Source: an uncultured Planctomycetales bacterium (GTDB taxonomy: Bacteria; Planctomycetota; Phycisphaerae; UBA1845; PWPN01). Taken from it: a stretch of DNA of 49,244 nt. A program made the translations under genes and the position numbers. Under the pieces are notes generated by a model, which saw nothing but the letters and a program-made list of their open reading frames with translations, searched no databases and had not been told where the DNA came from. The stretch spans positions 6,444 to 55,687 of the forward strand of contig CAZQEN010000002.1 in the NCBI GenBank assembly GCA_964591605.1, given 5' to 3'. Shown here in pieces: positions 24,316 to 33,628 of the stretch (positions are counted from its first letter, which is position 1; each line of letters begins with the position of its first letter).

Positions 24316-26739
24316 TCAATCCCCGACCCCCGTGGAAGGTATACCGGTTAGAGGGAGTGTAAACTCGACGGGGTCAGCGGCGTTCGTGCCGGCGGGCATG
24401 ACCTGACCCACAACCTGCAGATCCCGCCACTGCATGCGCCCGTCGGCGGTGTACGGCCGCAGCCGGACCACGCCGGTGGAAAGCTCCACGCGAACTTCCA
24501 CGAACGACTGGAAGAACGGGGCGCGGTTCGAGGCGAAGGCGGGAGCCAGCATCTCGGGTGATGAAGGCCAGGCGTTGAGGCGCCGGATCCACCACCAGAC
24601 GGGCCGCTTCCAGCGGGGTATCTCGCTGCTGAGCTTGGCAACGACGGCGTCGGTGCGGGAATAGAAGGCACAGTCGGTCACGGGAGGCTGCCGGGGCCAG
24701 TCGAGGGCGGTGCCGATGCTGATGTAGGCCCCCCCACCGCCGTTCACGAAGTGCAGCATGGTGCGCGGGCCGGCCGCAGACGTATACCTTTCGCGATAGA
24801 ACTCGAAATCGTGCGTGTCTCCGCCCATGGTGATCTCGACCGACTCATCGCGCAGAAACTGGTGGAGCGCGGCGAAATCCTCATCGAGATGGCTGTTGTC
24901 GTGCCCGCCGGCGTAGAAGGGGTGGCCCACAATCACCATTCTGAATTTGCCGCGTGACCGCTGAGCGGCAGTGCGCAGCCACTGCCACTGCAGGCGGTCC
25001 AGGCTGCGGAGAATGCCGGTATCGACGGCCAGCAGCGCGAAGCGGTCGGTCTGGATCTCGAAGAAGGGAGCGCGCTGCCGGCCGGTGGGCACGCGGTATT
25101 GGCTGCGGAGGCGGGCGGCCTGGGCGATCATGTCTTCGATGCGGCTCTCCGTGGTCGTGCTGAGGCGGTGGTCGGCCTCGCGGCGGGCCCGCATCGCGGT
25201 GCGGGCGGCGTCGGGCTCGAAGAAGTTGGCGGTGAACGCGTCGAGGGCATCGTACCAGTCGTGGTTGCCGGGGATGGCGTAGATCGGCCGGGTCCAGCCC
25301 TTGAAAGGCTGATAGAACTTGGCTTCGTAGTCCTTCATCGCGCCCTGGGGATAAATCACGTCGGAGGAGAGGACGAGGAATCTCATGTCGTCGCGGGCGC
25401 CGAGAGCCAGGAACTGATCGCGGAGGGCATGTTGTGAGGCGTCGCCTTCTCCGGTGTCGCCGATGACGATGAAACTGAAGTCCTGTCCGGGCGGAATGCC
25501 GGGATCGACTAAGAAGAGGTTATCGGTGGGTAAACCCTTCGGCGTGGCCTGCTCGATGACCGCACGCACCATCTCTTCCCGCCAGGTGTCGGTCCGGTGC
25601 GCCGCCCACCTCTCCCATGCGCCGGTCGCCCAGGTCTCGGTGTCGAAGTACCAGCTCACGCCCAGGAGCGGCGCGAAGGCGATGATCACGGCCGTGAGGG
25701 GCATGCCCATCTGAAGGCCGCGCCGCAGCGCTGCGGCCGGCGAGCGGCGAGCCCATTCGAGATGCAGGTCGAAGCGCATGCGCCGCTTCATCCATCGGCG
25801 GAGGGGGCGATCAAGCATGCCGGAGGCGCGGGCCGCGTTTTCCCGCCCGATGGAGCGCTGCCAGACGGCGCGTTCCAGCGGCCGTGTGAGGAAACGGAAA
25901 ACGAGCCGCAGCGGAACAATGACGAAGTACGCGAGAATCAGGGCAAAGAACGCGTCACCGATGACCGCAATCGCGGGAGAGGCGAGGCCGACGAGGCTCC
26001 ATTCCGCTTCCATGCGGCCGATGTGGATGGCCAGGAACGTGAGCAGGAGCGTGATCACCCAATAGCGGTCGATTCGCCAGCGTTGCTGCTCGTCTGCTTC
26101 GATCTCGTTGTGGAATTGCGCGATCAAGGGGTGGGGCTCGAGGTTGAGGTGGCGGTCAGGATGCCGGGTGGGCATGTCCGGCTGCGCCAGGGATTCGGCG
26201 GCGTCGCGGGCGAGCAGGATCGTCCAGCCGGTGGTCAGCAAACGGATGCCGATGGCGAGGTAGACCGCCCAGGCACCCGAGACGGGCCATCGGAGGGCGA
26301 TGGAGCATCCGACCAACAGGTTCACGGCCGCGTCGAAGAGCAGGGCGCTGCGGGCTGAGGCACGGTCGCCACGCACCGCGGCGATCAGCTTCACGCAGCC
26401 GTCGATCATCCACGAGGCTCCCAGGAGCAATGCGAGGGCCGCAAACACCAGGTTGCCCCAGGCCAGGAGCAGCAATCCGGCGAGGATGGACATCGCGCTG
26501 CCGAACAGCGTCGAGTGGAGGACACGGGGGTTGCTCAGGGTCAGAGCATGCACGGCCTGGAGCGCCCCACACACGATCATGAGCACGCCCAGGATCGCCG
26601 CAGCGAGTTCAGCCGGAGCGAAAGATGTGATGACGGCCAGGATGCCGAGCACCAGGATCGAGCCACCCAGCAGAAGGCGGCGGGCGGCAGCCGTCGTCGC
26701 GTGAATGCCGTGAAACAGGCTCTTTCGAACGGATGACAT
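24316..26739 (-). CDS. polytopic membrane metallophosphoesterase (HdeD/DUF308-like N-terminus, extra TM block, C-terminal calcineurin-like phosphoesterase)
   Basis: ATG at 26737-26739 (MSSVRKSLFHGIH...). The upstream 96 aa of the track ORF are junk. Phosphoesterase motifs IVIGDTGEGD, LSSDVIYPQG, IPGNHDWYD, VGHPFYAGG, GGDTHDFEFY. Confidence 0.8.
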   Translation of the reverse strand: MSSVRKSLFHGIHATTAAARRLLLGGSILVLGILAVITSFAPAELAAAILGVLMIVCGALQAVHALTLSNPRVLHSTLFGSAMSILAGLLLLAWGNLVFAALALLLGASWMIDGCVKLIAAVRGDRASARSALLFDAAVNLLVGCSIALRWPVSGAWAVYLAIGIRLLTTGWTILLARDAAESLAQPDMPTRHPDRHLNLEPHPLIAQFHNEIEADEQQRWRIDRYWVITLLLTFLAIHIGRMEAEWSLVGLASPAIAVIGDAFFALILAYFVIVPLRLVFRFLTRPLERAVWQRSIGRENAARASGMLDRPLRRWMKRRMRFDLHLEWARRSPAAALRRGLQMGMPLTAVIIAFAPLLGVSWYFDTETWATGAWERWAAHRTDTWREEMVRAVIEQATPKGLPTDNLFLVDPGIPPGQDFSFIVIGDTGEGDASQHALRDQFLALGARDDMRFLVLSSDVIYPQGAMKDYEAKFYQPFKGWTRPIYAIPGNHDWYDALDAFTANFFEPDAARTAMRARREADHRLSTTTESRIEDMIAQAARLRSQYRVPTGRQRAPFFEIQTDRFALLAVDTGILRSLDRLQWQWLRTAAQRSRGKFRMVIVGHPFYAGGHDNSHLDEDFAALHQFLRDESVEITMGGDTHDFEFYRERYTSAAGPRTMLHFVNGGGGAYISIGTALDWPRQPPVTDCAFYSRTDAVVAKLSSEIPRWKRPVWWWIRRLNAWPSSPEMLAPAFASNRAPFFQSFVEVRVELSTGVVRLRPYTADGRMQWRDLQVVGQVMPAGTNAADPVEFTLPLTGIPSTGVGD

Positions 26740-27131
26740 GATGCAAATCTCGTTGTGGTCCGGTTGCCGGGCCCCAGCGGGTGTACGCAGTGTACCCGCG
26801 TTTGGGTCCGGAAACAGGATCGACGCCGCCACCGGGTGCGGTGTGTGTCGGACGTGTAACCGGAGGCTGACTGACCCGCGTCGCGACCGGATGCGGCATC
26901 GGCTGGCGAGGCACTCTGCCGTCGCAGATCCCCCCGGGCAGGTCGGCCCTGCAAACGGCTCCCGGAAAAGTGGCCCTACCCGTTTTGCCGGTTGGCGGTA
27001 ACAATTCCATGGGCTCTGGCACCGCATGTGCTAATGCTGGCGGGGCATTCGGGCCTCGGGCCGCGAGTGACCCTCTGACGGCGGCGTTTCTTCGGGGGAT
27101 GGCCGCGCTCTGATTCGAGAGGGTGCGCGAT

Positions 27132-28988
27132 ATGACTCAGTCTGGTGTGCAAATGATGAGTCGGCGAACGAAGGGCCGCGAGACCGACGGGCCGGTCCCC
27201 TGCCGTCATCAGGGACTGGTTGGGTGGGTGGAGGAGATGGAGCGGCTGTGCCAGCCCGACCAGGTTCACTGGTGCGACGGTTCTCAGGCTGAATACGACC
27301 TGCTGTGCGACCGGCTGGTGCTGGCGGGGACGTTCGTCAAGCTCAATGAGCGGCTTCGTCCCGACAGCTACTGGTGCCGGTCGGACCCGTCGGACGTGGC
27401 CCGGGTGGAGGATCGGACGTTCATCTGCAGCCGCCGGAAGATCGACGCGGGGCCGACCAACAACTGGGCCGACCCGGCGCACATGAAGGCGAAGCTGACC
27501 GAACTGTTCCGGGGGTGCATGCGCGGGCGGACGATGTACGTGATTCCGTTCAGCATGGGGCCGATCGGCTCGCGGATCGCGCAGATCGGGGTGGAGATCA
27601 CCGATTCGCCGTACGTCGTCTGCAACATGCGGATCATGACGCGCATCGGGGAGCGGGTTCTGGAGGTTCTGGGAGAGTCGGGCGACTTCGTTCCCTGCCT
27701 GCACTCAGTGGGGATGCCGCTGGAGCCCGGTCAGAAGGACGTGCCCTGGCCCTGCAACCGCGAGCACAAGTACATCGTCCATTTTCCGGAAGAGCGGACA
27801 ATCTGGTCGTTCGGCAGCGGATACGGCGGGAACGCCCTGCTGGGCAAGAAGTGCCTGGCCCTGCGGATCGCCTCGGTGATGGCCCGGCAGGAGGGCTGGC
27901 TGGCCGAGCACATGCTGATCCTGGGCGTGACGCCGCCCGGAGGTCCGAAGAAATACATCGCCGCGGCGTTTCCCAGCGCCTGCGGGAAGACAAACCTGGC
28001 GATGCTGACGCCGACGCTGCCCGGCTGGAAGGTGGAATGCGTGGGCGACGACATCGCGTGGATGAAGTTCGGGGCGGACGGGCGGCTGTACGCGATCAAC
28101 CCGGAGGCGGGCTTCTTCGGGGTGGCTCCGGGCACCAGCGTCAGGAGCAATCCGAACGCGATGCGGACGCTGGAGCGGAACTGCATCTTCACCAACGTGG
28201 CGCTGACGCCCGAGGGCGACGTATGGTGGGAAGGGATGACGCCGGAGCCGCCGCCGCGGCTGATCGACTGGCTGGGGCGTGAGTGGACGCCGGCTTCGGG
28301 CGAGCCGGCCGCCAATCCGAACGCCCGGTTCACCGCGCCGGCGGCGCAGTGTCCGGTGATCGACCCGTCGTGGGAGGATCCCGAGGGCGTGCCGATTTCG
28401 GCGATTCTGTTTGGCGGGCGGCGTGAGTCGGTGGTGCCGCTGGTGATGGAATCGTTCAACTGGCAGCACGGGGTGTTCTACGGTTCGATCGTTTCGTCGG
28501 AGCGGACGGCCGCCGCCGCGGGCAAGGTGGGCGGGCTGCGTCATGATCCGATGGCGATGCTGCCCTTCTGCGGCTACAACATGGGCGATTACTTCGTGCA
28601 CTGGCTGAGCGTGGGCCGGTCGGCCGCCCCGGAAAAGCTGCCGCGGATCTATTACGTGAACTGGTTCCGCAAGAATGCGCGCGGGCAGTTCCTGTGGCCG
28701 GGGTACGGCGAGAACGTCCGGATTCTGAAATGGGTCATCGAGCGGCTCGAGGGCCGGGCGGCGGCTCATCGGACCCCGGTCGGCAACCTGCCCGTGATCG
28801 GCTCGTTTGACGTGAACGGGCTGGACATTGCGCCGGCGAATCTGTGCTCGCTGCTGACCGTGAACCACGAGGAGTGGGCCGACGAGCTCGAAGAGATCCG
28901 GGTGTATTACTCGATGTTCGGCAAGCACCTGCCCCGCGAGCTGGCTGACGAGGTGGACGCGCTGCAGCGCCGCCTGGATACGATTTAA
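27132..28988 (+). CDS. pckG: phosphoenolpyruvate carboxykinase (GTP)
   Basis: Full-length match to GTP-PEPCK hallmarks: [29 protein letters not shown] (kinase-1a), [27 protein letters not shown]. The start is ambiguous (GTG 27123, ATG 27132 or 27153). Confidence 0.95.
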   Translation: MTQSGVQMMSRRTKGRETDGPVPCRHQGLVGWVEEMERLCQPDQVHWCDGSQAEYDLLCDRLVLAGTFVKLNERLRPDSYWCRSDPSDVARVEDRTFICSRRKIDAGPTNNWADPAHMKAKLTELFRGCMRGRTMYVIPFSMGPIGSRIAQIGVEITDSPYVVCNMRIMTRIGERVLEVLGESGDFVPCLHSVGMPLEPGQKDVPWPCNREHKYIVHFPEERTIWSFGSGYGGNALLGKKCLALRIASVMARQEGWLAEHMLILGVTPPGGPKKYIAAAFPSACGKTNLAMLTPTLPGWKVECVGDDIAWMKFGADGRLYAINPEAGFFGVAPGTSVRSNPNAMRTLERNCIFTNVALTPEGDVWWEGMTPEPPPRLIDWLGREWTPASGEPAANPNARFTAPAAQCPVIDPSWEDPEGVPISAILFGGRRESVVPLVMESFNWQHGVFYGSIVSSERTAAAAGKVGGLRHDPMAMLPFCGYNMGDYFVHWLSVGRSAAPEKLPRIYYVNWFRKNARGQFLWPGYGENVRILKWVIERLEGRAAAHRTPVGNLPVIGSFDVNGLDIAPANLCSLLTVNHEEWADELEEIRVYYSMFGKHLPRELADEVDALQRRLDTI

Positions 28989-28992
28989 GCTC

Positions 28993-29069
28993 GATCAGAG
29001 CCGCGCCCGTGAGGAAGCGGTCGGCGATCACGCTGAAGGACCCCCTCCCTGACGGTCGGGGCTCTGCTG
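28993..29069. repeat. degenerate minimal copy of the MITE-like element, directly after the pckG stop
   Basis: GATCAGAGCCGCGCCCGTGAGG...CCCTCCCTGACGGTCGGGGCTCTGCTG. By hand, about 17/24 and 22/28 matches to the family's left and right ends. Confidence 0.45.
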
Positions 29070-29274
29070 GCTTGACTGCCTCTCGCCCTCGCTCCAGGCC
29101 GGATGAGCCAACGGCCGGCGGCACAAGCCTGAATCCGAGAGTTCTCCCCCGCACGACAGCGCCGACAAGCCAGCTTCCGCCATGCACCCGCAACTTTCAC
29201 CAGCATCATGGTGGTGCATCTGCCGGCTTGTGCAGTCAACCGGCACGCCCTGTGATGACCGCCCCACGCCGGAA

Positions 29275-29411
29275 GGGTCCGTGACAGAATCGGCGGGGTG
29301 GCATGGATCCCGGCGTGCCGGGACCCGCGGGGAGGCTCGCACGGGCAGCGTCGCCTTCGCTGCGCGAAGCCGACGCTGCCCATGCCACCCCGCCCAAAGT
29401 GTCACGGACCC
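29275..29411. repeat. 137-bp nested palindromic element
   Basis: Outer arms are GGGTCCGTGACAgaatcGGCGGGGTGGCATGG (29275-29306) and CCATGCCACCCCGCCcaaagTGTCACGGACCC (29380-29411). The inner hairpin is GGGCAGCGTCGCCTTCG-ctgcg-CGAAGCCGACGCTGCCC (29343-29381). There is also CCCGGCgtGCCGGG. Confidence 0.8.
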
Positions 29412-29497
29412 ACGCAGAAACCGTGGAGCGGCTGGCCTTCCCCTGGCCATTGCTTCCGGGTAAGATGCCGTCGACACTTCTTAACCGGAGGCAAAAG

Positions 29498-29944
29498 ATG
29501 CGTCTCAACCGCCCTGCTGTCGTTCTCGCCGCCGTCCTTCTCACGGGAATTGCGCTGCTGCTCCATGCGGGTCCACTCACCCCCCCGCCCGGCGCGGTGT
29601 CGCCGACGATGAAGACGCTCGATGAGATCTCGACGCAGATCTCCAATCTGGAGGTCGCGACGGGAGGGGTGCCGATCAAGCGGGTGGTGCGCGGGGTGAT
29701 GGACGTCGCGGCGGGCGAGCTCGAGAAGAGCCAGACCTTCGCGCCGGCCATCGATCCGGCGAAAAGCGTGGTCCTGCTGTCGGATTACTGCGCGACGGCC
29801 ACCCTGAGCAGCACGAACGTCTTTCTGGGCCGGACCAGCGCCTGTCTGATCAACTTGACGGCGACGCAGATCACGGTGCGGCTGGACGCGAGCAGCGCAT
29901 CGATGGACGCCAAGATCAGCTACCAGATCATTGAATACAACTAG
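29498..29944 (+). CDS. small secreted protein with a PVC-typical GPLTPPxGAVxPTxKTLDEI N-terminal motif
   Basis: ATG 29498 follows GGAGGCAAAAG. MRLNRPAVVLAAVLLTGIALLLHAGPLTPPPGAVSPTMKTLDEISTQISNLE... (148 aa). Confidence 0.65.
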   Translation: MRLNRPAVVLAAVLLTGIALLLHAGPLTPPPGAVSPTMKTLDEISTQISNLEVATGGVPIKRVVRGVMDVAAGELEKSQTFAPAIDPAKSVVLLSDYCATATLSSTNVFLGRTSACLINLTATQITVRLDASSASMDAKISYQIIEYN

Positions 29945-30027
29945 GCCGCTGTCTATCATCCGCGTGCATCGGGCCGCTCCGGACGGGAGCGACATCCCCA
30001 TCGACTGCTCGACGCGGAGAATCCTTC

Positions 30028-33000
30028 ATGCTGCGCGGTTGTGTGTTTCCGGTGGCTGCGGTGACCCTCTGGGCCGGCGCCGCGGCGGTGCGGGGTCAAA
30101 CCTCACCCGAGAAGACGGTGGCAGGGCTTCGCGTGCCCGAGGGGTGGGAGGTGACGCTCTACGCCTCAGAGCCGCTGATCACAAATCCGACGGCCATCGA
30201 CATCGACGCGCAGGGGCGCGTCTGGGTCTGCGAGGGGCAGTGGTACCGGGCCAGGGCCAAGACGCCGCCGGCCGATTGCGTGAAGGTGCTCGAAGATGCG
30301 GACGGCGACGGGCGGGCGGACCGGGCGAGCGTATTTGCGGACGGGCTGCTTGTGCCGATGAGCGTGGCCGTCGCGGGCACGCGGGTGTACGTGGGCGAGA
30401 GCCCCAACCTGTGGGTGTATGAGGACCGGGACGGCGATCTCAAGGCGGATGCGGGTTCCAGGCGGGCGCTGCTCACCGGCTTTGGCGGGCATAACAGCGA
30501 TCACGGACTGCACGGCCTGGTGATCGGGCCGGACCACTGGCTGTACATGACGCATGGGGACCCGGGCTTCGATGTGACCGGGCCCGACGGCTCGCGGGCC
30601 CGCTATCGCTGGGGGGCGATGCTGCGCTGCGAGCTCGACGGAAAGCGGCTGGAGGCGCTGGCGGTCAATTTCCGGAATCCGTACGAGCTGGCGGTGGACT
30701 CGTTCGGCAACGTCTGGTGCAGCGACAACGACAGCGACGGGGACAAGGCGGTCCGCATCTGCTGGATTCTGGAGGGAGGGAACTACGGCTGGTACGGCAC
30801 GCCGATGCCCTTCCGCAGCCCGGACGGCGTGTACGACCCGCTGAATGAATGGCGCACGCCGATCCCCGGGCACGTGCCCGCGGCGCTCATCACGGGTTTC
30901 GGATCGCCGTCGGGCATGACGTTCTACGAGCACGATCTGTTCGGCGGGACGTATCAGAATCGGCTGCTGCACGCCGATCCGGGCCCGCGCGAGGTGCGGG
31001 CATACGAGCGGCGTCCGAGCGGCGCGGGGTTTGTCGCGCGGCAGGAGAACATCCTGACGGGGGATGACGCGTACTTCCGGGCGGTGGACGTGTGCGTCGC
31101 GCCGGACGGCTCGATCTACGTCGCCGACTGGTATGACGAAGGGGTGGGCGGGCACGCCTATAACAACCCCGGGCAGGGGCGAATCTATCGGCTGGCGCCT
31201 CGGGGCGTCCGGGCCCGACACATGGCCCGGCCGGGGCCCTGCGCGAACCTGCCGGATGCGCTGGAGGCCCTGGCCAGCCCGAACCTGGCCACGCAGTTCC
31301 TGGCACGTGAGTTCCTGCTGGGACACGCGGGCGAAGGACGGGACGCACTGACCAAGTTGGCCGGCTCCGGGCCGCCGAACCTGGCCGCGCGGGCGCTGTG
31401 GCTGCTCGATCGCATGAGCGACGAAGGTGCGATCGACGCGGCCCTGATAGACCAGCGGCCCGCGTTCCGAGCCCTGGCCGTCCGCATGCTGCGTCGACGC
31501 GAGCCGCTGCCGCTGGACCGCATTCTGCCGCGGGCCCACGACCCCGATGTGCAGGTGAGGCGCGAGGTGCTGCTGGCGCTGCGGCGGGTGAACGGCGACC
31601 CCAAAGAGGGCGGAGCAGAGCACCAGGACGCAGCGCTCACCGCCCTTCTGGATCTGATCAGGGCGTGGGATGGGCAGGATCGGTTCTATCTCGAAGCCAT
31701 CGGCGTGGCCGCGGGCGGCCGGGGTCCGCAGGTGTTCGAGGTGCTCGGATTGAACGACGCCCAGAAGCTCGACCGGCGGGCGATCAAGCTGCTCCAGATC
31801 CTGCATCCACACGACGAGGTTGCCCTGTTGACCCGGCGTCTCGACGATGCCGGAATCTCCGCCGAGCTGGCCGAGGACGTGATCGATGCGCTGGGCTGGA
31901 TGACGGAATCCGAAGCGATGACCGCGGTGGCGAAGGCAACCGGGCGGGCGGATCTGCCGCCGACCGCGCGCCGGCTCGCTCTGCAGCGGATTCGCGGGCG
32001 GATCGCCAGCGACTACAAGAAGCTGGCCGACAGTCCTGAGCTGCAGGATGGGCTCCGGGCGGCCCTGTCAGAGCCGCCGTTGCAGATCGATGCGCTCGGG
32101 CTGGCGGGGGAAGCCTGCGTGACGCAGCTCGATGAGGTCGTGGCGGGCATACTGCGCGGCGCATCGGGTGCGACGTTGAAGCTCGCGGCGGTGACATCGC
32201 TGGGCAAGCTCAATACGCCGACCGCCCGGCGTGCCCTGCTGCGGGAGATTCCCCTCGCAGCGGCTGACCTGCAGCGGGATATCGTGCGGACGCTCGCGAC
32301 GATGCGGGCGTTTGACGAGCTCCAGTTGCTGCTGACGAGCGCGGGCTTATCGCCCGAGCTCCCATCCGCGGCCGTTGCGGCGGCCGGAAAGCTCGCCGAC
32401 GGCTGCCTGTTCCTGCTCACGCTCATCGACGATGGGAAGCTCGCAGCTCCACTGCGTGATCAGGCAATCCGGCTGGGTTCACGGCACGCGAACGTCAACG
32501 TGCGGCAGTTGTACGCGAAGTACGTTCCGGCGGCGTCGCAGCCGGCGACGATCGCCCAGCTCGATCCGAAGCGCGTGCTGGCGCTCAAAGGCGACGCGAA
32601 TCGCGGGCGCGAACTGTTCGTGCACAGCGCGGTCAGGTGTGACACGTGCCATCGCGTGGGCGCGGATGGGGCCGACGTCGGGCCCGACCTGACGCTGATC
32701 GGACGCAAGTACGCACCGGCGGCGATGCTCGAGCAGATCACGCGCCCGGCGGCGGCGGTGTCGCCGGAGTTCGTGCCCCACGTGGTCGAGTCGGAGTCAC
32801 AGGGGTATCTGATGGGTTTTCTGCTCGGCCGGACGGAGGCTGAGATCACGTTGAAGACGCAAGACGGTCAGCGGATCACGCTGCCAGCATCCGACGTGCG
32901 TGCGGTGCAGAAGCAGGAAGGGACGATCATGCCCGACCTGCTGCTCGAGTCATTCACTGAGCAGGATGTGGCCGACCTGCTCGCGTATCTGTCGAGCCTG

Positions 33001-33495
33001 AAGGTGCTGCCGCAGCCGATCCGGGAGTGGCAGGTGGCAGGGCCGTTCCCGGCGCGCGAGTTTCACCTCGGATTCGAGACGGCGTACGGCCCGGAGGAGA
33101 AGCTCGATCCTGCCGCGCGGTACGCGCTGCCGGAGGGCGGAGAGGCGACGTGGCGGCCGTACAAGCCGCCGTTCGCGGGCGATCAGTACGTTGTGGAACT
33201 CGAGAAGCTCACCTCAGCGGGCAGGAAGCCGGCGGTGACGTATCTGTATGCACGGCTCGACTCACCCCGGAGCCAGGGCGCGTCGATCTCACTGCAGAGC
33301 GACGCCGCGGTCAAGATCTTCCTGAACGGCAAGGCGGTCTTCTCACGGCACCGCCATCCGGTGCGCGCCGCGAGCATACCCATCCGCCTGGCGTCCGGCC
33401 CGAACGATCTGCTCCTCAAGCTCGAGCACCAGGGTGGGGAAGGGCGGATGACGGTGCTGGTTGCGTCGAGTGCGCCGTTAGAGGCGGGTAAATGA
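30028..33495 (+). CDS. PVC-type putative membrane-bound dehydrogenase (beta-propeller) - HEAT repeat - CxxCH heme-binding domain protein
   Basis: 1155 aa. Signal peptide, then an N-terminal glucose/sorbosone-dehydrogenase-like propeller (LYASEPLITNPTAIDIDAQGRVWV..). A HEAT-like middle region. CDTCH heme c motif in ...RGRELFVHSAVRCDTCHRVGADGADVGPDLTLIG, the Pirellula/Verrucomicrobium-type heme-binding domain. Confidence 0.9.
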   Translation: MLRGCVFPVAAVTLWAGAAAVRGQTSPEKTVAGLRVPEGWEVTLYASEPLITNPTAIDIDAQGRVWVCEGQWYRARAKTPPADCVKVLEDADGDGRADRASVFADGLLVPMSVAVAGTRVYVGESPNLWVYEDRDGDLKADAGSRRALLTGFGGHNSDHGLHGLVIGPDHWLYMTHGDPGFDVTGPDGSRARYRWGAMLRCELDGKRLEALAVNFRNPYELAVDSFGNVWCSDNDSDGDKAVRICWILEGGNYGWYGTPMPFRSPDGVYDPLNEWRTPIPGHVPAALITGFGSPSGMTFYEHDLFGGTYQNRLLHADPGPREVRAYERRPSGAGFVARQENILTGDDAYFRAVDVCVAPDGSIYVADWYDEGVGGHAYNNPGQGRIYRLAPRGVRARHMARPGPCANLPDALEALASPNLATQFLAREFLLGHAGEGRDALTKLAGSGPPNLAARALWLLDRMSDEGAIDAALIDQRPAFRALAVRMLRRREPLPLDRILPRAHDPDVQVRREVLLALRRVNGDPKEGGAEHQDAALTALLDLIRAWDGQDRFYLEAIGVAAGGRGPQVFEVLGLNDAQKLDRRAIKLLQILHPHDEVALLTRRLDDAGISAELAEDVIDALGWMTESEAMTAVAKATGRADLPPTARRLALQRIRGRIASDYKKLADSPELQDGLRAALSEPPLQIDALGLAGEACVTQLDEVVAGILRGASGATLKLAAVTSLGKLNTPTARRALLREIPLAAADLQRDIVRTLATMRAFDELQLLLTSAGLSPELPSAAVAAAGKLADGCLFLLTLIDDGKLAAPLRDQAIRLGSRHANVNVRQLYAKYVPAASQPATIAQLDPKRVLALKGDANRGRELFVHSAVRCDTCHRVGADGADVGPDLTLIGRKYAPAAMLEQITRPAAAVSPEFVPHVVESESQGYLMGFLLGRTEAEITLKTQDGQRITLPASDVRAVQKQEGTIMPDLLLESFTEQDVADLLAYLSSLKVLPQPIREWQVAGPFPAREFHLGFETAYGPEEKLDPAARYALPEGGEATWRPYKPPFAGDQYVVELEKLTSAGRKPAVTYLYARLDSPRSQGASISLQSDAAVKIFLNGKAVFSRHRHPVRAASIPIRLASGPNDLLLKLEHQGGEGRMTVLVASSAPLEAGK

Positions 33496-33618
33496 GATGT
33501 GAGACGTGCGACGTGAGGAGGGTTTGTGGTGCAGGCGTCTCGCCTGTGCGTGCAGCCGGGACGGCTGCACCACAAACCCGCAGACGTCTCACTTCTCACG
33601 TCTCACGTCTCACTTCTC
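33494..33618. terminator. long imperfect hairpin with heptamer-array arms filling the convergent intergenic gap; candidate bidirectional terminator
   Basis: Perfect 14-bp stem GGTTTGTGGTGCAG (33521-33534) / CTGCACCACAAACC (33565-33578). The left arm is GAGATGT GAGACGT GCGACGT GAGGAGG. The right arm is GACGTCT CACTTCT CACGTCT CACGTCT CACTTCT (33583-33617). The structure is certain; the function is inferred. Confidence 0.5.
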
Positions 33619-33628
33619 ATGTGCTGGG

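Noticed and set aside
27705-28928. 407-aa minus-strand ORF, plus other ORFs overlapping pckG
   Set aside because: The plus-strand frame is an end-to-end GTP-PEPCK. The antisense frames lack any motif.
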